From Candidatus Poribacteria bacterium (GTDB lineage Bacteria; Poribacteria; WGA-4E; WGA-3G), in NCBI GenBank assembly GCA_965215265.1, contig OZ244048.1, positions 1,504,001 through 1,568,000 on the forward strand: a stretch of 64,000 nt of DNA. The letters run 5' to 3'. Positions 31,501 through 40,652 of the stretch are shown in pieces (the first letter of the stretch is position 1; every line of letters begins with the position of its first letter). Made by a program: the position numbers and the translations under genes. Below the pieces are notes generated by a model. The model had not been told where the DNA came from, made no database searches, and was given only the letters and a program-made list of their open reading frames with translations.

Positions 31501-31709
31501 AGAAAGGCATAACAGCCGATGCAAATTCATGGCGTTCTCATTACATTTTGGCGAAGATTGACGAGGAACTGCAGCAGCCACAACAGCAACAGCAGCATTA
31601 CGTAAAAGCTTTAGAGGCACTTGACAAAGCCATTCGCTTGGCACCAACCGAACAAGATTTACAGATAGCAAAAGAACAAATTCAACATGAATTAAAGCTT
31701 GCTCAATAG
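28521..31709 (+). CDS. Fused membrane domain/spermidine synthase-like protein with C-terminal TPRs
   Basis: LSGASGLIYEVIW, LMGGTLP, YALNTFGA, LVVGFGMGLT, DAVEL, DGRNY; TPR-like helices at the end. Confidence 0.85.
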   Translation: MRYIKPIVWLIFILSGASGLIYEVIWMRQLTLVFGSTVFATSTVLTAFMAGLALGSFYFGRKIDESDASPLQFYALLEAGIGVFCLVWPLILSVLTALYVLIYRNVTSEFYTLSLIRFALTFLVILVPSTLMGGTLPVLTRFFVREIERLGINVGILYALNTFGAVLGCVAAAFFLIERVGIQQTLLVGIAINFAVALVAFLLEKGVNRVEVRDDSLRMSEPEGERGVGLPPKSQILSSSLRRLMLVAIGISGFCALAYEVLWTRILVFFLGSTTYAFATMLAAFLFGIGLGSFLFARWIDRLQNPTAIFGVLQLGIGLSALLLLPAFEELYGMSRAFQSIFGGARFWAFFSCFLVMSVPTVLMGGSFPLVAKIYTRGPKWQRGQDGGAVIDGESTEKIGRSIGNVYAVNTVGSILGAFCAGFLLIPLLGIRPSLVLIVALNTGLGCWLIIGGTREVSSPFLQGISIGTPILNVGLAVILLLTVNQPLFLKSAIFKTQRPGDTLVDYNEEVDATVTTLKDDEGVYRLYVDTNQAADASRWDSPSHRVIAHLPLLLHPRPKRALVVGFGMGLTSHSITQHGVRVDAVELSHGVIDAARQHFTHINGNVFENELFNWTLNDGRNYILMTHEKYDMISTGIIHPLVSAGSSNIYTADFYRLCQRILTQQGVMCQWVPLHRLPESHYKMIVRTFIEVFPHTTLWYKYTPDFVILIGAPKPLSIDYKNFIARAQIASIRNGLAADDLDGLSLLDSFMMGPEAVRRYVGAGPIHSDNRPQLEFFKGAALVNTTAQNITGMAEYREQVTPYLINYGKTLAEQTAIRLKIENYFQATEKLIQGQIAYANAQYDSAASLMNEAVKINPADETIRYNFGIVSGLIREGEREELRQLEKQVQSTLTRNPDDIQGHLYLATLYEMQGELAKATNELETVLKQTPDRLDVYMLLGPLYERQQRNKDALRTYQRLEQHESELPAPIFAAMAQLHLILKNLDEAERYGQKGITADANSWRSHYILAKIDEELQQPQQQQQHYVKALEALDKAIRLAPTEQDLQIAKEQIQHELKLAQ
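29198..29226. repeat. Palindromic element inside coding sequence
   Basis: GGGAGTTGGGCTCCCACCCAAATCCCAAA, identical to intergenic 33866-33894. Confidence 0.85.
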
Positions 31710-31728
31710 CAAAGGAAATAGAGACTAC

Positions 31729-33747
31729 ATGTCAGAAGAAACTCATTTAAAACGGACTCACTATTGTGGCGTACTCAGGCTGGCTGATGCCGGTAAACGT
31801 GCGCAACTCAACGGCTGGGTTCAACGACGCCGGGACCATGGCGGTGTGATCTTTGTAGACTTGCGGGACAGAACAGGCATAACACAGGTTGTCTTCGACC
31901 CGCAAATTGATGCCATAGCGCATAAACAAGCGAACGTTGTGCGCAGCGAATTTGTGCTAAACGTAAGCGGTACGGTTCGCGAGCGCGAACCGGGCGAGCA
32001 GCTTTTCCACGCAGATGTGGCGTATCAAACGGAACTCGCGGCAGCTCAGCTCTCGCCCACGTTTCGGGCATTGTTTGCCGCTGTCGATACCAAATACACA
32101 TTGTCCGATGACATCCGGATTGAAATTCGTGAGCCCGGCACACGGTGGATGCTTATTGATGCTGAGAATAACCGGACGTATGAAATCCATAGTGAAGAGA
32201 AAGGAGGTGCCGGGGCCCATCTAAGTGTTTATCAGGGAACCGTGAATCCGGAATTGGACACAGGCGAGATCGAGCTTGCAGTAGATGCGTTGCATCTGCT
32301 GAATACGGCCAAAACACCGCCTTTTCCGGTTGAAGATGCAGTGGAAGTCGCCGAAGATATCCGGATGCAGTATCGCTTCATAGATCTGCGTCGTCCAGAG
32401 ATGCAGAAGACGCTGGCTATCCGCCACAAAGCCGCGCTCGCAGCCCGAAACTATATGAACGAACACGGGTTCTTGGAAATTGAGACACCTATCTTGATGA
32501 ACAGCACTCCGGAAGGTGCGCGCGATGTGCTTGTGCCGAGTCGCCATCATCTCGGTAAATTCTACGCCCTTCCTCAATCTCCGCAGCAATTTAAACAGAT
32601 CTTAATGATGAGCGGCGTTGACCGTTACTTCCAGATCGCCCGATGCTTCCGCGATGAGGATACCCGTGCCGACCGGCAGCTGGAGTTCACACAACTGGAT
32701 ATAGAAATGTCATTCGCCGATGTAGACGATGTGCTTGAAGTCACTGAGGGGCTGATGAAGCGGATTTTTGAAGAGGCGGGCAACATTCCTATCCAAACGC
32801 CTTTTCTGCGGATGCCTTATCACGAATCCATCGCGAGGTTCGGGAATGATAAACCCGATACGCGATTCGGTATGGAACTCACAGACCTTTCGGATGTGAT
32901 GGTGGATTCGGATTTTCAAGTGTTCACGCGGGCTTTAGCAACCGACGGTCAGGTGAAAGGTATCGCAGTGCCGGGCGGTGCGGATTTTTCCCGGAAGGAG
33001 ATTGAAGACCTGACCCAGTTTGTTTCTACCTATAGAGCAAAGGGATTAGCCTGGATAAAAGTTACGACAGACGGTTTCTCATCGGGTATCGTTAAATTTT
33101 TCACAACCGAGCAACTCTCAACGGCACGCGAACGGATGAATGCCCAGCCGGGCGACATCCTGTTCTTTGTGGCAGATCAGCCGAAGGTTGTTGCTGACGC
33201 ACTTGGTAACCTCCGCCTCCACCTCGGCAAAAAACTGAACCTCATTGACGAAAGCCTCTATAACTTCCTATGGATTGTGGATTATCCGTTGTTTGACTGG
33301 AACGCTGAGGAGAAGCAGTACGAACCGTTCCACCATTTATTTACGGGTGCTACACCGGAAACCGCGGCCCTATTAGACACTTCACCGAGGGACGTGCAGA
33401 GCCAACACTACGACCTGGTTTGCAACGGTTTTGAAATCTGCAGTGGGAGTGTCAGAATTCACCGGTGGGATATCCAGCAGAAGGTTTTCGACGTTCTGGA
33501 AATCAGTGCAGAGGATGTAAGAAATCGGTTTGGGTATTTCATAGATGCGCTTGAGTACGGCACCCCGCCGCATGCGGGCATCGCGCCTGGGCTCGACCGT
33601 ATCGTCATGCTGATGCGCAACGAAGAGAACATTCGCGAGGTCATCGCGTTTCCTAAGTCGCAGCAAGGGCTTTGTCCTTTGACGAATGCCCCGTCCGTTG
33701 TCACAGAAGAACAGTTAGAGGAGCTGTCTATTCGCGTGAATGTGTAA
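31729..33747 (+). CDS. aspS: Aspartate--tRNA ligase (probably non-discriminating) with an insertion in the OB domain
   Basis: RTHYCG, RRDHGG.IF.DLRD, TPEGARD, LPQSPQ.FKQ, FRDED.RADRQ.EFTQLD, PPHAG.A.GLDR. Confidence 0.97.
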   Translation: MSEETHLKRTHYCGVLRLADAGKRAQLNGWVQRRRDHGGVIFVDLRDRTGITQVVFDPQIDAIAHKQANVVRSEFVLNVSGTVREREPGEQLFHADVAYQTELAAAQLSPTFRALFAAVDTKYTLSDDIRIEIREPGTRWMLIDAENNRTYEIHSEEKGGAGAHLSVYQGTVNPELDTGEIELAVDALHLLNTAKTPPFPVEDAVEVAEDIRMQYRFIDLRRPEMQKTLAIRHKAALAARNYMNEHGFLEIETPILMNSTPEGARDVLVPSRHHLGKFYALPQSPQQFKQILMMSGVDRYFQIARCFRDEDTRADRQLEFTQLDIEMSFADVDDVLEVTEGLMKRIFEEAGNIPIQTPFLRMPYHESIARFGNDKPDTRFGMELTDLSDVMVDSDFQVFTRALATDGQVKGIAVPGGADFSRKEIEDLTQFVSTYRAKGLAWIKVTTDGFSSGIVKFFTTEQLSTARERMNAQPGDILFFVADQPKVVADALGNLRLHLGKKLNLIDESLYNFLWIVDYPLFDWNAEEKQYEPFHHLFTGATPETAALLDTSPRDVQSQHYDLVCNGFEICSGSVRIHRWDIQQKVFDVLEISAEDVRNRFGYFIDALEYGTPPHAGIAPGLDRIVMLMRNEENIREVIAFPKSQQGLCPLTNAPSVVTEEQLEELSIRVNV

Positions 33748-33753
33748 CTCTAG

Positions 33754-33840
33754 GATGATTCATAGCATAGATAACCTCAGACGAGATTTACACAGGACTT
33801 CACAAAACATAAACCTTTTAGGTACGGAGATATACGAAAA
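33754..33840 (+). repeat. 87-bp bipartite intergenic repeat (two ~44-bp subunits)
   Basis: 84/87 identical to 36349-36435; ACGAGATTTAC box and GTACGGAGATATACGAAAA box 44 bp apart. Confidence 0.9.
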
Positions 33841-33865
33841 TAGATAGCTCTTCAGATCGATTAAA

Positions 33866-33894
33866 GGGAGTTGGGCTCCCACCCAAATCCCAAA
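33866..33894. repeat. Intergenic copy of the palindromic element
   Basis: Identical to 29198-29226. Confidence 0.85.
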
Positions 33895-33977
33895 ACCCCG
33901 GTTGTGAGCCCTTGCAAGCAAGGAGTATACAACGGGGTTCATAACAGGATGAATTCTTTACGGAGATATACAAAAAT

Positions 33978-36119
33978 ATGATTCAAAACATAAACGGCTC
34001 CGAAATTTGTGCACTGACCCTCTGCATGGTGCTTTTCTTAATGCCGCTGTCCACCTCGGCGCAAACTGTTAATATCCCCGACGCGAACCTGCGTGCTGCC
34101 ATTGCAGAGGCACTTGGCAAAGCACCAGCCGCAACGATGACCGCGGATGAGATGGAAACTTTGACGCGGTTAGAGGCACCTGACAAAGGGATTCTTAATT
34201 TGACAGGGCTGGAGACTGCGAGAAATCTGGAAGAGATAAACCTTGACAACAATTTGATAACGGATTTATCGCCACTCACGGAATCCACCAGACTGCGTGG
34301 CATAGAGTTGAGACAGAACACGATCACAGATTTATCACCACTTTCAGAATTAATCAGCTTGACAGGACTAGCACTTGACTCTAATTTCATACGTGACCTC
34401 TCACCGCTGGCCGGATTAATCAATTTGAGATGGTTAGGTATTTCGGATAATATCATCTCCGATTTATCCCCCCTAGAGGGTTTGATAAAACTAGAGTCGA
34501 TATGGATGAGCGAAAACCCGCCCGTAGACCTGTCGCCTCTAGAAGGATTAATGAGTTTGACACGTTTCCACTCTTGGGGTACCCCCATACTAAACCTGGC
34601 ACCGCTTGCGGAATTGCCAAAGCTGAGAAAGATAGATATTTGTGGTGCTGGAATATCAGATCTCTCCGCTTTGGAAGGGGTAACGGGCTTAAAAGAACTG
34701 TATCTCGTCGGTAACAATATCTCAGACATCTCCCCGTTGGCGAGTTTAACACAGTTGACACGGTTGAGTCTTAAACATAACGAGGTATCGGATGTAAGAC
34801 CGCTTGCATCTTTGAGTAACTTGACATGGATAGAGCTTGAGGACAATGCGATATCAGACTTTTCGTCCTTGGATGTGTTTCCTGAGAATGTCACTATCCT
34901 TCGGCGCGACAACCCGGGATTCACACGCGCTGCACCGAAAATAGAGGGGCCGTGGTTGTGGGTTATAGTGTCAACAGAAGGAATGTCTGGTTCAAGAGCA
35001 GCAGCTTCTGGAAGAGATTTTCTGGAACATAGCAGTCAGAGTGCTGTAACAGAATTAGAAATTGCGACTCAGGGGGCGACAGAAGGCGATACTGTGGGGA
35101 ATAAAGTCTGGACAATCGGCAGACTCAGGAGAAAAGGGGGCAATAACATCAATGAATTGGTGAACGCTACAGGCCTGGGAACAGATGATATAAATCATCA
35201 TGTGGCTTATGGTCTGGTTACCTTGGACGCACCACGGGAGCAGAATACAAAGATGTTTGTTGGAAGCAGTGATGCTGTTAAGGTCTGGCTCAACGGAGAG
35301 TTGGTTCACGATAACCCTATAGACCGGGATGCTCATGGGTATCAAGAAAATTTCCCTGTCACGTTAAAACAAGGAACAAATATTTTGTTGGTTGCTGTTT
35401 ATGAGGGCGAAGGCTGGTGGAGCGGCTTTTTTGGCTTTGATGCTAGTGCAGACTATACAGTGCTTCTACCGGATACGCGAGTTAGGAGAGGACAGCCGCG
35501 TGTAGCAGATGTGAACGTGGATGGAGAGGTGAGCATTCTGGATCTGATTCTGGTAGCACGCGACTTGGAAAGAAACAAACCGCTTAACTTGCGAACAGAT
35601 ATAGACGGCGATGGAAAAGTCACTATCTCAGACCTGGACCTTGTGGCACAAAGTATGGACTCAATAACAGGTGCTGCCGCCCCTACCTCACTTGCGATGA
35701 ACGCCTATATTTCTTCAACAATGATACGCACGTGGATAGCACGTGCGCAGCTTGAAAACGACGGCTCGCTTCTCTTTGAGCAAGGCATAGCGAACCTGCG
35801 GCAACTTTTAGGAGACATGCTGCCCGAAAAGACACGGCTTCTGGCGAACTATCCGAATCCATTTAACCCTGAAACCTGGATACCGTATCAACTTGCACAA
35901 GCAACCCGTGTGCAGATCCGTATCTATGCGTCAAGTGGCACGTTAGTGCGCACCTTGGATTTAGGGCATCGGGCTGCAGGACACTATGAGCAGAAAAGCC
36001 GTGCCGCCTATTGGGACGGCCGCAATCAACTCGGTGAAGCTGTAGCAAGTGGTGTCTATTTTTACACATTATCTACAGCCGATTTCACGGGTACCGGCAA
36101 AATGCTCATCAGAAAGTAA
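33978..36119 (+). CDS. Secreted internalin-like LRR protein with beta-sandwich, dockerin-like and FlgD/T9SS-like C-terminal domains
   Basis: IPDANLRAAI cap, L..N.ISDLSPL repeats, GSSDAVKVWLNG, DVNVDG and DIDGDG loops, NYPNPFNPETWIPYQL. Confidence 0.9.
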   Translation: MIQNINGSEICALTLCMVLFLMPLSTSAQTVNIPDANLRAAIAEALGKAPAATMTADEMETLTRLEAPDKGILNLTGLETARNLEEINLDNNLITDLSPLTESTRLRGIELRQNTITDLSPLSELISLTGLALDSNFIRDLSPLAGLINLRWLGISDNIISDLSPLEGLIKLESIWMSENPPVDLSPLEGLMSLTRFHSWGTPILNLAPLAELPKLRKIDICGAGISDLSALEGVTGLKELYLVGNNISDISPLASLTQLTRLSLKHNEVSDVRPLASLSNLTWIELEDNAISDFSSLDVFPENVTILRRDNPGFTRAAPKIEGPWLWVIVSTEGMSGSRAAASGRDFLEHSSQSAVTELEIATQGATEGDTVGNKVWTIGRLRRKGGNNINELVNATGLGTDDINHHVAYGLVTLDAPREQNTKMFVGSSDAVKVWLNGELVHDNPIDRDAHGYQENFPVTLKQGTNILLVAVYEGEGWWSGFFGFDASADYTVLLPDTRVRRGQPRVADVNVDGEVSILDLILVARDLERNKPLNLRTDIDGDGKVTISDLDLVAQSMDSITGAAAPTSLAMNAYISSTMIRTWIARAQLENDGSLLFEQGIANLRQLLGDMLPEKTRLLANYPNPFNPETWIPYQLAQATRVQIRIYASSGTLVRTLDLGHRAAGHYEQKSRAAYWDGRNQLGEAVASGVYFYTLSTADFTGTGKMLIRK

Positions 36120-36167
36120 TTTGTATATATCAGCACGTTACCCCCTGATGTGGCAGAATATCGTAGA

Positions 36168-36200
36168 TTGACATCCCGCCCGGAACCGGGCGGGAGTCAA
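36168..36200. repeat. GC-rich hairpin with CCGGAACCGG core
   Basis: TTGAC(A)TCCCGCCCGG-AA-CCGGGCGGGAGTCAA. Confidence 0.75.
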
Positions 36201-36240
36201 CCGAACTTACCAACCCACTGGGAGCCTTTTGATGTTCTTT

Positions 36241-36435
36241 ATTCATAACATAGAAAGCCTCGGACGAGATTTATGGAAGGGTTATCATAACATCAATCAC
36301 TGTTGGGCTCCTGTAGAGAAAAAAACGAAAAAAGGAGAGATACGAAAAGATGATTCATAGCATAGATAACCTCAGACGACATTTACACAGGACTTCACAA
36401 AACATAACCCTTTTAGGTACGGAGAGATACGAAAA
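36241..36435 (+). repeat. Tandem array of ~44-bp repeat subunits ending at the start codon
   Basis: Boxes at 36266, 36335, 36378 and 36422; last GGAGA lies just upstream of ATG 36437. Confidence 0.85.
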
Positions 36436-36436
36436 G

Positions 36437-39400
36437 ATGATGAAACAGATGAGAGCCTTCTACCTTCTTGTTGTTTTAACAGTTATCGCGCTAGGGGTTG
36501 GCACCGCTGATGCACAAAACCTCGCGCGACAGGCGTATGCTATCTTTGAACAAAACTGCCTGAACTGCCACGGCCCGCATGGTGCCTATACGGAGGAGCT
36601 CGTGATTGAATCCGCGCAAGGCTTGATTGATTCAGGCGTGGTGGTGCCGAGCAATGCTATCGGTTCGGAATTCTATCGCCGTTTGCTTGGCGATACGGAG
36701 AACGGTCTGCAGATGCCGTGGGGAAAACAGCCACTTTCGCCAGAAGCTATTGGAATAATCGGGGCCTGGATTTTAGCAGGTGCACCGAGCTGGGAGATTC
36801 AACACGATGTTGACTTCATTAGCACGGCTGATATGCTGAACACCATCCAAAGACATCTGGAGACGCTTTCCCCCTTCAACCGCCCCTTCGCGCGTTACTT
36901 TACGCTGACCCATCTCTATAACGCCGGCGAGCTGCCTGAGGCGCTGAGCGCCTACAAGATAGCCCTCTCTAAACTGATAAACAGCCTCTCGTGGGGGTTT
37001 GAGATTCACAATCCGGATGCCATAGGCCCGGCAGGGACGATATTCTACATAGATCTGCGGGACTATGAATGGGATACGAACGACGCATGGACATCGATAG
37101 AGCAGGTCTATCCGTATGCGATTGAGTTCGATGTTCAAACGCAAGCGCCGCTGCGTGACAAACTAATGCACCTCCGTGAAGAAATGGCTTGTGAGGTGCC
37201 GTATGTGTATGTCGATTGGTTCCTCGCGACGGCTGCCTTGCCGCCGCTCTATCACGATATCCTGGATCTGCCCCAAACCGACCGGGAGTTGGAGCGAAGG
37301 CTTGAGGTAGATGTGGCAAGGAATCTTCAGGCGGCACCGGGCGTGCGTGTGTGGCGTGCCGGGTTTAATGATTCCGGGGTGTCAAATCACAACCGCGTGG
37401 TTGAACGACACACGTCTCGGTATGGCGCATATTGGAAAAGCTACGACTTTGATGGGAGTGTAGGCACGCAGAATATCTTCACGCACCCATTGTCTTTCAG
37501 ACAGGATGGTGGTGAAGTCATCTTCAACTTGCCGAACGACTTGCAGGCATACTATATCTCGGATGAGTCTGGGAATAGGATAGATGTAGCGCCGACAACG
37601 ATAGTTTCTAATCCTGCGGCGAGAGATCCAGCAGTGCACAATGGGCTGTCGTGCATAGGGTGTCATACGGAAGGGATGAAGACGTTTGAGGATGGTGTGC
37701 GTTCTGTAGTACTCCAGGCGGGGAACCCACCGTTTGACAAAGAACAGGCGTTGCGTCTGTATGTTGAACAGGGCGAGATGGATGAGCTGGTGGCAGACGA
37801 TGCGAGGCGCTACAGTGAGGCGCTGAAGGAGACGGGTGGTGAACCTGGTGGGATTGAGCCTGTGCACCGTTTCTTTGAGGTGTATCAAGGTCCAGTTGAT
37901 GCGGCGTATGCTGCGGCATCGGTAGGCTTAAAAACTGGGGCGTTCCGGGAACAGATTCGTGCGAAGCCGAGTTTACAACGCCTGGGTTTGCTATCGCTAG
38001 TGGATGAGACGGGGAATGTGAAGCGTGATGCGTGGACGTCGCGTTTTCAGGAGATAGTGAGCGCGCTGAATTCCCCTGACGAGCCTGTTGTGACTCAGCG
38101 TGTGGTTGTGACACCGACGGGCACTTTTCACATCCCCGATGCGAACCTCCGTTCGGCAATTGCCGAAGCCCTCGGCAAAGCACCCGGTGCGGTGGTGACG
38201 GCGGAGGATATAGCAAGGTTAACGCGGCTTGATGCGGATGAAAGAGGCATCCGCGATTTGACAGGGCTTGAGGCGGCGACAAGACTGGAACGGATTGAAT
38301 GTCGTCATAATGCGATAGCCGACCTCTCCCCACTAGCCGGATTAACGCGTCTGAATAACATTAAACTGCGAGGGAACAGAATAACCGATGTATCGCCACT
38401 CGCCGACTTAATCAACGTGGACTGGCTGGGGCTTGAGGAGAACGCGATATCCGATTTATCTCCACTCAAAGGGTTAGTAAAATTGGACGGAATAGGGATT
38501 TCGGACAATCCTATATCGGATGTGTCGCCCCTTGCCAGTCTCATCAGCCTGGAAGGGATAAACGCTTGGCGTACCCATATTAACGACTTTTCCGTTTTGG
38601 CGAAGTTACCAAAGCTGGAGTGGATAGAATTTGGCGACAACAGAGCTATATCCGCATTGCCGTCTTTGAATGGATTAAAAGCGTTGAAACGACTGGAAAT
38701 CAATAACTGCAGCATCTCAGACCTCTCCGGGTTGGCGGAATTACAGCAACTGGAGTGGTTAACATTAGTTAATAACTTGATATCGGATGTGTCGCCATTA
38801 AGAGAGCTAAAAGACTTGAAACATCTGAATCTTGATGCTAACGTTATATCAGACGTGTCGCCGCTTGCAAAACTAACGCGGTTGGAAGTGCTGTACCTTG
38901 AGAACAACGTCATATCGGACACATCGCCGCTTGCAGGGTTAAACAACTTAGAACGGTTGGACCTTCGCAACAATGCGATACTCGACTTTTCGTCTTTAGA
39001 AGCATTACCTGATAAGACATTTATCCGGATGGACGGCAATCCGGGTTTCCCTTCGGGCGGTCCGAAAATAACAGGCCCCTGGTTATGGGCGATAGTACCG
39101 GGAATACGTCTTGATGACAACACAGATTTTCTGGCACGAGCAACGGGTGGTGCAGCGACAGAACTAAAGGTGGCTACCAACGGTGCAAAGGAAGGAAAGG
39201 CTGTGGGAGACAGCGTCTGGACACTTCACAAGCTGGCAGCTAGCGGTGGTAATAACATCAACCGAATGACAGATTCCCTTGGATGGGGGACAGGTGCAGA
39301 GATATATAACCATATCGTCTACGGTTCGGTTGTCTTGGATTCCCCGCATACACAAGAGACAACGATGCTGGTGGGTAGCGATGATGCAGTCAAAGTCTGG

Positions 39401-40651
39401 CTCAACGGAGAGTTGGTTCACCAGGCACTCGTTCATCGCGGGGCTGGCGATTATCAAGACTTTTTCCCCGTGACGTTGAAACAGGGGAAAAACGTGTTGT
39501 TGGTCGCGCTTGACAATCGTGGGCATGGCGGCTTTAGCGGCTTTTTCGGGTTTGCCTCAACTGCGAAATATGAAGTATTCCAACCGAGTCTCCGTTTTAT
39601 CTTTTCCACAGAGACGATGCAGGTCCAGGTCGGCGATACGTTTACCGTGCAGCTGAACGCCGAAAATGTCACCGATTTAGCCGGCTGGCAAACTGATATT
39701 GCGTTTGACTCCGCTGTGCTTGAAGCGGTTGAGGTGAGCGAAGGCGATTTTCTGAAAGCGGAGGGCGTAGATACCTTCTTTCAAGCAGGTGAGATTGATA
39801 ACAAAATCGGTAGAATTACCGGTTTAAACGCAGCGCGACTCTCCCACGCCACGTTGAGTAGACAAGGCACGCTGCTCTCGGTGAAATTCACCGCCATTGC
39901 AAGCGGAAAAAGCGGAGTGACACTGCCTAACTTTCAGGCAGGCTCCCGCGGCGGTCAGACAATCCCTTCGATACCGCCGGAGATGACCGTTGTTGTGGAG
40001 GGTTTGGGCACCCGCCCAAATCCTTCCTTACCTGCGTGGGATGTGAATCGAGATGGTGTCACGAATCTCGTGGATTTGATCCTGGTCGGGTCGGCGCTAG
40101 GGCAATTGCCTGTGAGGAATCCGCGAACAGATGTCAATGGGGATGGCGTTGTAGATGTGTTAGATCTCCAACTGGTTGCGGCACATTTTGGGGAAAGGAT
40201 GGTGCCGGCCGCGGCATCAAGCGCTACCTTGCCCGCGGATTTGACTGCGGAACAAGTGATATGGGTACTGAGTTTTTTACGAGATGCGGATGACGGTTCT
40301 GTTGGTTTAGAACGTGCGATTGCGAATCTCGAACAACTTTTAGGGGCGATGCTGCCGGAGAGAACCGCCCTGCTGGCGAACTATCCGAATCCATTTAACC
40401 CTGAAACCTGGATACCGTATCACTTGGCAACGAGTGCCGATGTGCAGATTCGTATCTATGCGTCGAGTGGGGCATTGGTGCGGACTTTGGATTTAGGACA
40501 TCAGGCTGCAGGACACTATGAGCAAAAAAGCCGGGCGGCGTATTGGGATGGAAAAAATGAAGCAGGTGAGGCTGTAGCGAGCGGTGTTTATTTTTATACG
40601 CTGTCTGCAGGCGATTTCACAGGTACCGGCAAAATGCTCATCAGAAAATAG
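36437..40651 (+). CDS. Secreted c-type cytochrome + LRR + beta-sandwich + cohesin + dockerin-like + C-terminal domain protein
   Basis: Signal peptide from ATG 36437; CLNCH and CIGCH heme motifs; LRR array; LAGWQTDIAFD cohesin-like segment; DVNRDG and DVNGDG; NYPNPFNPETW. Confidence 0.88.
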   Translation: MMKQMRAFYLLVVLTVIALGVGTADAQNLARQAYAIFEQNCLNCHGPHGAYTEELVIESAQGLIDSGVVVPSNAIGSEFYRRLLGDTENGLQMPWGKQPLSPEAIGIIGAWILAGAPSWEIQHDVDFISTADMLNTIQRHLETLSPFNRPFARYFTLTHLYNAGELPEALSAYKIALSKLINSLSWGFEIHNPDAIGPAGTIFYIDLRDYEWDTNDAWTSIEQVYPYAIEFDVQTQAPLRDKLMHLREEMACEVPYVYVDWFLATAALPPLYHDILDLPQTDRELERRLEVDVARNLQAAPGVRVWRAGFNDSGVSNHNRVVERHTSRYGAYWKSYDFDGSVGTQNIFTHPLSFRQDGGEVIFNLPNDLQAYYISDESGNRIDVAPTTIVSNPAARDPAVHNGLSCIGCHTEGMKTFEDGVRSVVLQAGNPPFDKEQALRLYVEQGEMDELVADDARRYSEALKETGGEPGGIEPVHRFFEVYQGPVDAAYAAASVGLKTGAFREQIRAKPSLQRLGLLSLVDETGNVKRDAWTSRFQEIVSALNSPDEPVVTQRVVVTPTGTFHIPDANLRSAIAEALGKAPGAVVTAEDIARLTRLDADERGIRDLTGLEAATRLERIECRHNAIADLSPLAGLTRLNNIKLRGNRITDVSPLADLINVDWLGLEENAISDLSPLKGLVKLDGIGISDNPISDVSPLASLISLEGINAWRTHINDFSVLAKLPKLEWIEFGDNRAISALPSLNGLKALKRLEINNCSISDLSGLAELQQLEWLTLVNNLISDVSPLRELKDLKHLNLDANVISDVSPLAKLTRLEVLYLENNVISDTSPLAGLNNLERLDLRNNAILDFSSLEALPDKTFIRMDGNPGFPSGGPKITGPWLWAIVPGIRLDDNTDFLARATGGAATELKVATNGAKEGKAVGDSVWTLHKLAASGGNNINRMTDSLGWGTGAEIYNHIVYGSVVLDSPHTQETTMLVGSDDAVKVWLNGELVHQALVHRGAGDYQDFFPVTLKQGKNVLLVALDNRGHGGFSGFFGFASTAKYEVFQPSLRFIFSTETMQVQVGDTFTVQLNAENVTDLAGWQTDIAFDSAVLEAVEVSEGDFLKAEGVDTFFQAGEIDNKIGRITGLNAARLSHATLSRQGTLLSVKFTAIASGKSGVTLPNFQAGSRGGQTIPSIPPEMTVVVEGLGTRPNPSLPAWDVNRDGVTNLVDLILVGSALGQLPVRNPRTDVNGDGVVDVLDLQLVAAHFGERMVPAAASSATLPADLTAEQVIWVLSFLRDADDGSVGLERAIANLEQLLGAMLPERTALLANYPNPFNPETWIPYHLATSADVQIRIYASSGALVRTLDLGHQAAGHYEQKSRAAYWDGKNEAGEAVASGVYFYTLSAGDFTGTGKMLIRK

Positions 40652-40652
40652 A

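Noticed and set aside
31993-32235. Intein in aspS
   Set aside because: Too short and lacks the N-terminal Cys/Ser and C-terminal His-Asn splice motifs.
36350-36436. N-terminal extensions in the ORF track (also 40955, 51569, 5056, 23915, 58231)
   Set aside because: They run through repeat or promoter DNA; downstream ATGs have a better RBS, promoter position or signal peptide.
33983-39180. Long antisense ORFs (313, 241 and 291 aa)
   Set aside because: They are shadows of the repetitive LRR/cytochrome coding strand with no recognisable motifs.
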